Below, piece by piece: positions 53,626-64,000 of a stretch of 64,000 nucleotides of DNA. The stretch is from NCBI RefSeq assembly GCF_006345805.1, contig NC_042999.1, positions 81,158,001-81,222,000 of the forward strand, given 5' to 3'. The notes beneath the pieces are model-generated. The model was given only the letters and a program-made list of their open reading frames with translations. It made no database searches and was not told the origin of the DNA. Made by a program: the position numbers and the translations under genes. Position 1 is the stretch's first letter; every line of letters starts with the position of its first letter. Source of the stretch: Octopus sinensis. Its lineage: Eukaryota.

Positions 53626-54162
53626 TATTTCTAAAAAAAACAAGTAACTTTTTTACACTTCACATTCCTCCGTTACCCAATTTACATTGCTCTATATGCA
53701 CATGCTGTCGATTCACCAGTTCTTTCAACAATTTCCTCCTCAGATTTATGCTCCAGGATAGTTACCATCTTGGATTACATTTTCAACTACTTAGGCATAG
53801 GCGGGTACGTATCCCTACATTCATATGCACAAATGCACAATTAGTATTTGGAACCTGTAGAGTTTTCAAATGCATTAAAAGGACAATGTATTACATATTA
53901 GATTTCACATCGGATATTTGTCAAAAATGAAATTACATTGTAATCCTGTAACCTGCCAATGAGATTTCCATTGATTTCACGAAAGTAAATGTAGTTTTCA
54001 TTATGATTTTCACAAGCAATATACGTCACGATCAGTGCTATATGCATAATAATATATGCACACACACATACATATGTACGCATATATATATATATATATA
54101 TTTATATTTATACATATGTGTGCATGTACACACACACACCACAAACACACACACACACACAC

Positions 54163-54219
<57 letters not shown>

Positions 54220-54632
54220 TATGATTTTTGGATGGAGACATGCGCAAATAACAAACGATTTCCTGGGAGGAAGCGATTGCAAAGCTTACTCAAGCTTAAT
54301 AGCTAGCAAAACCTGTAAAATTCCAAATTTAATTACAGAGAAAAATTTATTAGGTGCAATGTCTCAACTTATGTCCATAATTTATAGCCTCATTTGAAAT
54401 ATACAAAAGATATGTCAAAGCTTAATTGAAAACTGAAAGCCATTTGTATAAATTTCTTTAATACTGTACTTTAAATCGATTGTTACTGTATGAGTGGAAT
54501 CATTAATTTTATCATACTGCGATATATATACAAGCGCCGGATTACATACTTTCACACTTACATCTGAACAGACAGACATACAAATACATATATATGTGTA
54601 TGTGTGCATGTGTATGTGTGGCTGTGCGTGTT

Positions 54633-54663
<31 letters not shown>

Positions 54664-55217
54664 TATTATGTTTTTTTTTGCATTTTGAATCACTCGATAC
54701 ATTAATATATTGAAATGATGTGGTTATATAAATCATTGAAAATATATATCACACATTCTAACAAGCCGCTGAAATGCAGATGAATTTGAATCGAAAATAC
54801 TCCTTACAGGGAAAAGTGCGAAGTACCTAGGGAACAATACGATAACATAGCGTCATTATAAGATGACCCCAGAACGTTGAATTTCAGAAGTTACATGCTT
54901 TATCTAAATACGCTAGAGTATTAAGAATTCTGAAACAGTAATGCACTTTTAAAATATAACCGTCAAAACCATTAAATGAAACACACATGATATGTCGCTA
55001 TTGAAATGCTACGCATACCTAAACTCGTTACACAGATTTTTATATCAGATAATTGATGTCCTGCAGTATTACATATTCTAGAATATGTTATTACAATTAT
55101 TGATGCACAATCCATACATGAACCCAGTCACGCATTCACATTTATATGCGTAAACGAACGTGAGCGCACGCTTGTATAATTTTTTTGTATGTATGTATGT
55201 ATATGTATAAATGTGTG

Positions 55218-55269
<52 letters not shown>

Positions 55270-55361
55270 TAATAATAAAATAATATGAGGAATATCATTC
55301 CAAACTTACAGGCTAAATTCAATTTAGAAATACTAATTCAAATTTCACATATATATATATA

Positions 55362-55710
55362 TGGTGACATGGTGACCCCCTTCGGTCAGACACTGACCAT
55401 GGGTTTGCACTTAGAGAGTTACCCTCCGAGGCACAAGTCTGGGCAAGGTTGTTTTTTATGGAAGACCAGCAGTCACCCATGCATACCGGCCTCCCCTCTC
55501 CACGTCACCGATGTTGTCCAAGGGAAAGGCAAGGGCCGATACAGCTTGGCACCTGTGACGTCGCAACTCATTTCTACAGCTGAGTAAACTGGAGCAACGT
55601 GAAATAAAGTGTCTTGCTCAAGAACACAACACGCAGCCCGGTCCGGGATTCGAGCTCACAACCTCACGATCGTAAGCTCGACGCTCTAACCACTGAGCCA
55701 CGCGCCTTCA
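55362..55710 (-). mobile_element. Full-length tRNA-derived SINE family C with a CORE-like central domain
   Basis: Minus strand gaaggcgcgtggctcagtggttagagcgtcg (A box) ..gtgagctcgaatcccgg (B box-like), then gttcttgagcaagacac..ccagtttactcagctgtagaaatgag; the head looks tRNA-Arg-like, as described for octopus OR families (tentative). Confidence 0.85.
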
Positions 55711-55761
55711 CACACACACACACACAACACACACACACACACACACACAACACACACACAC

Positions 55762-55792
<31 letters not shown>

Positions 55793-56407
55793 CATACATA
55801 CTATATATATATATATATATAATATATATATGCTGTGTGTGTGTGTGTGTGTTATTATGTTTTTTTTTGCATTTTGAATCACTCGATACATTAATATATT
55901 GAAATGATGTGGTTATATAAATCATTGAAAATATATATCACACATTCTAACAAGCCGCTGAAATGCAGATGAATTTGAATCGAAAATACTCCTTACAGGG
56001 AAAAGTGCGAAGTACCTAGGGAACAATACGATAACATAGCGTCATTATAAGATGACCCCAGAACGTTGAATTTCAGAAGTTACATGCTTTATCTAAATAC
56101 GCTAGAGTATTAAGAATTCTGAAACAGTAATGCACTTTTAAAATATAACCGTCAATAACCATTAAATGAAACACACATGATATGTCGCTATTGAAATGCT
56201 ACGCATACCTAAACTCGTTACACAGATTTTTATATCAGATAATTGATGTCCTGCAGTATTACATATTCTAGAATATGTTATTACAATTATTGATGCACAA
56301 TCCATACATGAACCCAGTCACGCATTCACATTTATATGCGTAAACGAACGTGAGCGCACGCTTGTATAATTTTTTTGTATGTATGTATGTATATGTATAA
56401 ATGTGTG

Positions 56408-56459
<52 letters not shown>

Positions 56460-56553
56460 TAATAATAATAATAATATGAAGGAATATCATTCCAAACTTA
56501 CAGGCTAAAATTCAATTTAGAAATACTAATTCAAATTTCACATATATATATAT

Positions 56554-57017
<464 letters not shown>

Positions 57018-57507
57018 TGTGTGTGTGTGTGTGTTTGTGTATATGTATATGTACACACATACATATACCTAGATGGACAGAAAATGCAGGGAATGTATTT
57101 TATAAATTTATTAAATGCTTATATGCTTCCAATAAATATTGGGGGATGTTCTATTTCCATAATTTAGTCGTATCAATCAATCGATCCATACTGGATCTAC
57201 TGAAGAAACAGAGAGCAGTACCACACATTTAACTTCTTGCGTGTACTCTCCAAATCGCTCTGTAGCAACATAGTATTTTACTTGATGACTATACCGTGGG
57301 TTTAAAAATTTGACTGATGACAGCTTGTTGAGTTCTGGTGACTGGATTTCCTGATCTGTGGCAGGATAATTTTGTTAGTCTGATATATCTTCATCTAGAG
57401 AGGTTATGAAGTGTTTCGTCTAGATAATGAATCTGTTTCTATTTTGATATACATATCGATAGATGTAGGTATAGTTAGACAGAGGGGGAAAGAGAAAGAG
57501 AGAGAGG

Positions 57508-57564
<57 letters not shown>

Positions 57565-57761
57565 TCATCAACAGGATAGATATGACATTCGTTGCAGCAA
57601 AAAATGTAGTTCGCTACACGACCATACTGTTTTGGATACAGACATTATGCGTCAACTGCATTCTACTTTAACTAATGTTGAATCATTGCCTAATGAGCAA
57701 ACCTGGCTGAAGGGAACAACGCGGAAGTCCGTGTTTTATTACTTACACACGAAAAGTCTGC

Positions 57762-58190
57762 GAGCTGGCAGAAATATTAGCACTTTGGGTGAAATACCTA
57801 GCGTTATTTCGTCTGCTGCTACGGTCTGAGTTCAAATTCCGCCGAGGTCGACTTTGCCTTTTAATCTTTCGGTATCGGTTAAATAAGTACCAGTTACGCA
57901 TTAAGGTCGATATAATTGACTTAATTCGTTTGTCTGTCCTTGTTTATCTCTTCTGTATTTAGCCCCTTTTGGGCAATAAATAAAAAAGAAATAAGAAACG
58001 TTAACACGAGGGCGAAATGCTTAGCGGTATTTCGTCTGCCGTTACGTTCTAAGTTCAAATTCCGCCAAGGTCGATTTTGTCTTTCACCCTTTCGGGGTCG
58101 ATAAATTAAGTACCAGTTACATACTGAAGTCGAACTCATCGACTGCTCCCCCCTACGCCTAAATTCCGAGCTTTGTGTCTAGAGTAGAAA
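57762..58190 (+). mobile_element. Two adjacent SINE family B copies (about 57762-57990 and 57995-58190)
   Basis: gagctggcagaaatattagcac..ctgagttcaaattccgccgaggtcgactttgcc; second copy ttcaccctttcggggtcgataaattaagtaccagtta. Confidence 0.85.
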
Positions 58191-58400
58191 ATATTATTAA
58201 CACACCTATGCCTACCATTAATTAATCTCATGTAAATTTTATGATGTTGGGTGTGGTATGGAGGCATATCGGTCTTTATTCTAACATTTACCTGGGTATT
58301 TAACAGTGAAGCCATTGGAACATTGGAAGTTATTTCCTTATATTTTTATATGTATAGGTGCGCGCGCACACACACTCACACGTACAAACACACGCATGTG

Positions 58401-58490
58401 CGAGGGGATTCTGAAAAGTTTCTGGTTTTGGATGAAAGAAAATACAGGAAGATCAGTTAACTATGACTTCATTCAACATATTCCTCTAGT
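58401..58490 (+). mobile_element. Truncated end of a mariner-type element
   Basis: cgaggggattctgaaaagtt resembles the terminal repeat of the 21989 MITE; no partner end found. Confidence 0.5.
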
Positions 58491-58667
58491 GAATGTTCAT
58501 TTTTAATGCTCTGGTATATTTTGGAGCTTATCAATATTTCTCAACTTTTTGAACTTTAATAAGAAAGGATGATAAAAGTGGACAATATAAATTATGTTAA
58601 AATGTATTGGGAATAGAACCCAAGAAGATAGATCTACATTTAGTACCATGACGTGTAGTATATTTAT

Positions 58668-58699
<32 letters not shown>

Positions 58700-58741
58700 T
58701 TGTGTATATGTATATATATATATATAATTAAATTACACCAT

Positions 58742-58937
58742 ATTACATATAATAGAAATATTAATATTAAAATAACAATAAAATACCGATGATTAAGTAA
58801 ATTACAGAAAAATAATAAAAACGTATATAATTGGTATATTGTATACGTTTTTATTACCTTATTATTATTTTTTTGCAATTTACTTAATCATTGTTATTTT
58901 ATTATTATTTTTACTTTAATATTTCTATTATATGTAA
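58742..58937. repeat. AT-rich imperfect fold-back of about 195 bp
   Basis: attacatataatagaaatatta / taatatttctattatatgtaat; atgattaagtaaatt / aatttacttaatcat; taataaaaacgtata / tatacgtttttatta. Confidence 0.7.
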
Positions 58938-58995
58938 TTTTTTAGATGGTGTAATTTATTGCTCATTTTGAATTGATTAAAGTTGTTTTTTTCTA

Positions 58996-59075
<80 letters not shown>

Positions 59076-59077
59076 TG

Positions 59078-59441
59078 TATTCAAAGGGCAAGACCACCAG
59101 GTAGTCGGCCGTATGCTAGAAATAGATCATCAAAGATCAAACTACAAAGAATGTTCTCTAGAGGAAAGCTGGTGGTTAGTTTTACAAATTACATTACCTG
59201 GAGAACGATCGCACTGACCAATCTACGGACAATTGGATTATATAAGTGATTCATTTGTTAATAGACGAAACCGCCGGTCTGTGAGTAATTCCGATTTTTT
59301 ATATAATTTTCATCTCTCTTGCCCGCCTAATTGTTCTGGTGTCCGCTGAAGTTTCCTCTAGAGAACATTCTTTGTAGTTTGATCGTTGATGATCTATTTC
59401 TAGCATACGGTCAACTACCTAATGGTCTTGCCCTTTGAATA
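59078..59441 (+). mobile_element. Non-coding element with about 90-bp inverted repeats enclosing a degenerate hammerhead (59210-59283)
   Basis: tattcaaagggcaagacca..ctctagaggaaa (59078-59167) versus tttcctctagag..tggtcttgccctttgaata (59352-59441); cgca-CTGACCA-atcta..tagac-GAAA-ccgccgg-TC-tgtg. Confidence 0.78.
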
Positions 59442-59543
59442 TACACATGTATTAGAATTTTCTCTGATTTTTGAGATTTTTATGCTAGGCTACTGGTTTT
59501 AAATAGATATTAATTAAATTAATATTAAATTTATCTCCCTCAT

Positions 59544-59588
<45 letters not shown>

Positions 59589-59911
59589 GTGAAATTTGAT
59601 TTAGTATTTCCAAATTGAAAGTTTTCCCTGTAAGTTAGGATTAACATTCCCTCAAATAATTATATATATATATATATCAGAGTTATATATCACAAGGGCG
59701 CTTTAAAAACACAACACCAGCTTTGCTAAAAATTAGGAGTGAAAACACTCCGAAGCCACAAAAATTAATATTATGTTTTCATAAGCACAAATTAAAATCA
59801 TACTATCAAGTTAATTGGTATTCTTTCTTGTAATTTTGCTGATACGGTTTTAGCTTGTGGCCACTAAACTTAGTATCTCTCGTGTGTATTAATTATATCT
59901 ATATGTTTATG

Positions 59912-59967
<56 letters not shown>

Positions 59968-61261
59968 CTTTTATTTGTTACTAGCTTCAGCCCTAAGATT
60001 GTGACCACGCTTGGGCACCTTAATATGTATATATTCCACAAATCGAATATTATAAATCACTATAAGATTACTAGAAAGATTCTGGAAAGCACCAAATGAA
60101 TTCGATAAAATAATTAGATGTTAACTGCCACGTTACATTCATTATTTAATTATTTAAGTCTTAACGTTATACATTTTAGAAAATATTGAAGACGTTATTG
60201 ATCGTATACCACAATTAATGAGTCCTAACCGAATCGTTAGAGCTTCAGTAGAAACGGACTTGAAGTATTTATTCCGGTTTGTAAGATTAAATTTAGAATA
60301 TCACCGAAAATAAATTCACGTTTAATTACACCGGACGGTGAAATAAAATTCTAGGTATTAATGAGGTTGGTTGAATCATCTAACACATTTTCTATATGTT
60401 GCAGTATTTTATTTACTTAAATTTGAGTACGTTATTTTTTTTTACTTATTTGTTATTAGACGGTGAATCGGCCTCAAAGCGATCCTGCTATAAGTTAAAC
60501 AAGTCAAAACGGGACACTAATTAGCTCTAACTTCATTGAGATTTGAAAATACAAATTCACCAGAAAATGAAACAGTATGAAATTGCGATTCACATCAGAA
60601 TCTCTGCTGGCCCAACACAATGCAAATTGTTTATTTAATACATTAACTCTATTGAGTACGCCGTGGTTGTTGAACGCTTGGATACTAAATTCGGCGCTAT
60701 AATTTTAGTATAATTAGAAATGCCAAACCCCATTCCGACATAAATTGGTACAACTGTTGAAACAGTTTAACACCTTCTAAAATCAAAAATGTGAGTTTTG
60801 CAGGGAATATTTTGCATAAAATTTGTTCTATAGAAAGGAAAGAAATCTTGTGCATTTCACGAAATTTCATAGGTTCCTCTATGAATGCAGCTATAGGCTT
60901 AATTCCTTTCCTTATTCCAGTTTAATAATTGTTTTCTATGTTCACTTGCTATGTTTATCATTTAAACCCATAAAACTATTCTCATTATTTATTCGTTTCA
61001 TTATAGTATGAGTGATCATATTTGAATTTGCCTCGATAAATTTCAATTCTTCTTTATAACGCCAACTACTATTGCCTATTTCCAAAATATTGTATTGTTT
61101 CTTTTTTCTGTACACTAGATTAGCAGCAACTATTTTTCTCCTCACCTATCTAAAGAAGGTATCAATTAACTCATTTATCTTTAAAAGTGTCTCAAGTATT
61201 TTCGAACGCAGACTACTTTATTAAAGATCGTGTATAGCTATTATGTTTATCATTCAGCTTC

Positions 61262-61480
61262 AAGTATGCTCTTCAGAAATGTTAGCGTTTCAAACAAAAT
61301 GCTCAGCAGAATTTCGTCCGGCTTTTTATATTCTGAGTTCAAATTTTGCCAGAACCTATATTTGCTTTTCAACACTTTGGTGTCGTTAGCAGTGGAATTA
61401 GTAGAGAAGCATTTAGATTAAGGCAATCGACTAATCCTCATTACTAAAGTCTGCTGACTGAGTGGCAAAATTTGAAACCA
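61262..61480 (+). mobile_element. Degenerate SINE family B
   Basis: cagaaatgttagcg..aaaatgctcagcagaatttcgtcc..ttctgagttcaaattttgcc. Confidence 0.55.
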
Positions 61481-61503
61481 TGATTTAGCATCAGTTCAGC
61501 TCT

Positions 61504-61667
61504 AGGCGTAAGAGTGGCTGTGTGGTAAGTAGCTTGCTTACCAACAACATGGTTCCGGGTTCAGTCCCACTGCGTGGCACCTTGAGCAAGTGTCTTCAAC
61601 TATAGCTTCGGGCCGACCAAAGCCTTGTGAGTGGATTTGGTAGACGGAAACTGAAAGAATCTCGTCG

Positions 61668-61700
<33 letters not shown>

Positions 61701-61941
61701 TTGCATGCGTGTGTGTGTGCATACGTTTGTGTGTCTATGTTTGTCCCCCAAACATCGCTTGACAACCGATACTGGTGTGTTTACGTGCCGTAACCAAGCG
61801 ATTCAGCAAAAGAGACAGATAGAATAAGTACTAGGCTTACAAAGAATAAGTCCTGGGGTCGATTTGCTCGGCTAAAGGCGGCGCTCCAGCATGGCCACAG
61901 TCAAATGCCTGAAACAAGTAAAAGAATAAAAGAGTAAAAGA
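61504..61941 (+). mobile_element. Full-length SINE family A
   Basis: aggcgtaagagtggctgtgtggtaag..ggttccgggttcagtcccactgcgtggcaccttgagcaagtgtcttc..internal (TA)n(TG)n..gaaacaagtaaaagaataaaagagtaaaaga. Confidence 0.92.
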
Positions 61942-64000
61942 CTAAAATAGTTCCTTCCTCGCCGATTTTTTTTTTACATCAACATATACCTTGCACAATA
62001 CAGCTTTTCTTGTGAGAGAAGACGATATAATGATTAATTGACGACGCTTTCTGATAACAAGAGAGGAAAGGTATACAGACATCATCATTTGTTCGTGACC
62101 CTCTGTAGTAGTCGAATGTGAAGAATCTAACCTCTGTTAAAGAATAATAATTTTATTACATCTCGACGATACTAATCACATTTACAGGAAAACTCGTTAT
62201 TTTTCACTGTGCATTTTATTTTCTTTCATTGTCAGGGAAATAATTAACACCTCAGTAGCTGCAAAATTATCAGTAATTTCTGTTTCATTTTAAATATAGT
62301 AGCGTAACTAAAATTTTACTTTAACAAGCGTATTTGTTAAATCGACGTCGTTAACTTTAATTTCTTTTTTTATATTCGTTAATTTTTCTTATCGATTATA
62401 ATGTTTAAAATATTTTTTCTGTATATCGTGTATATTTATTTTAATCGGTATAATATCATTGCTTTAAAAAAAAATTTTGATAAATTTGCTAAAAACTAAT
62501 TTCATACGAAAAATATGGTTACCCAGTGATGATACAAGCTAGATGTTCTGAACTTTCTTACTAAAAATTAAAAAACAAAAGCAGAAGAAAAATGGCATCC
62601 AAATAGAAACTATAACGTATGTGGTCGGTATAAAGTATTTATTAGTTATTTTTCAGTTTACATTTGAAGTTTTTATTCGTACTTTGGCATTTTCAAAGAA
62701 AGAAGACTATAATTTTGTAACCGATATTTTACTTTTTTCATCATCGTCGTCGACATCATCATCATCACTAGTAGAAGGAGCAACAGTATCCTCATTACCA
62801 GCACCAGCACCAGCATCATTACATCCCTCACTTCCTCTTCTTTTTCGTACTCCTCACAACCCCCACCCCCACCACCATCATCACCATCATCACCAATATG
62901 ATACGTAATGATGTTATTTTGCTATTGCAGTCGATTTTAATGGTGGTGTTTATATTTTTTTACTTATTGCATATAACAAAGCAACAAAGCGAGGAATTGC
63001 AATCGTACGTTTAGCAACCGAAATTGGGAGAAAACATGATAAACAAAAACACTTCTGTATGTATGTATATGTATGTATATATATATATATATATAATATA
63101 TATATATTATATATATATATATATATACAAAATATATATATATTATATATATATACGTTTACACACGTAAACGCACACCTCCATCTATACATATTATAGA
63201 TACATATATACAGAAATACACAAACACACACGCACATATGTATGTGTATTTATGCATATATCTATCTCCTAAATATGCAAGCATATATACGTAGATAACC
63301 AGGAGCTGCCAACATGAGTAACGATTTGTATTTTGTTTTTCTAAACGTTTAATCATGTAAACTCTTATAAATTGCAACATAAATCTATTCCGTATATGAG
63401 TGCATGTGAGCGTGTTTGTGTTTATCTATTTTTTGTATATGTACGTAATACATGCAGAGAAACACACACACACACACATATAATATATATACATATATGT
63501 ATGTATATATATGTGTGTGTGTGATTGTGTGTGAGTGTGTATGAGAAAATAAGAAAGAGCCATACATACAATCAAAGACATAGAGAAGGCTATGAATATA
63601 TACGTGCGTATGAAAATAAATTGAAAATGAATCTTGTTCAAGTGGCTATGAAAAAAAATTACAGACTTTGTCAGAAGACATTACAAAAAGTTATATAAAT
63701 TTTTCAAATAAAATACATATGATTCCTAATCATTTTCTTTGTTATACTATTTATTGTTTTCTTCATTGGAGCTCATATTTAATCAACCATTGATTTCCTG
63801 CAGGCTTTTTGAAACCTTCTTGAGGTTTAAACTGATGTTTTATCAGACTGTATTTACAAGATGTATCATACGGAAGAAATAAATACATTCCTCCATTTTG
63901 AATATTTCTTACTTTATTTCATTTCTTTAGTCGGAAGCCAAACAATATTTTCTAGTTTTGAATGCGTCAAACATTCAATTATATTGTAGAACACACCAAC

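Noticed and set aside
55640-55710. Functional tRNA gene
   Set aside because: It has A and B box-like motifs but no complete acceptor stem, and it continues directly into a SINE body

Overview
AT-rich, microsatellite-saturated eukaryotic DNA with no confidently identifiable host gene. The repeat repertoire looks cephalopod, most likely Octopus (inferred from remembered SINE families, not a database search). Nearly all supplied ORFs are artefacts of (TA)n, (CA)n and trinucleotide tracts. Recognisable content: (1) decayed Penelope-like elements (PLEs; RT with YLDD, GIY-YIG); (2) two clusters of R4/Dong-type RLE non-LTR retrotransposon fragments nested in (AAT)n tracts; (3) a decayed Chapaev-like DNA transposase; (4) several MITEs: one hAT-like, two TA-flanked, one carrying telomere-like repeats; (5) three tRNA-derived SINE families; (6) three near-identical tandem duplications of 0.64-1.27 kb. 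The most interesting signal is a set of minimal type I hammerhead ribozyme motifs. Four unrelated non-coding elements share one layout: antisense copy of the 3' tail, hammerhead, 3' tail. Two related hammerheads carry a U3-A8 core (UUGAAAA) in place of C3-G8 and show compensatory stem changes. All structures were folded by eye and none has been tested for activity.
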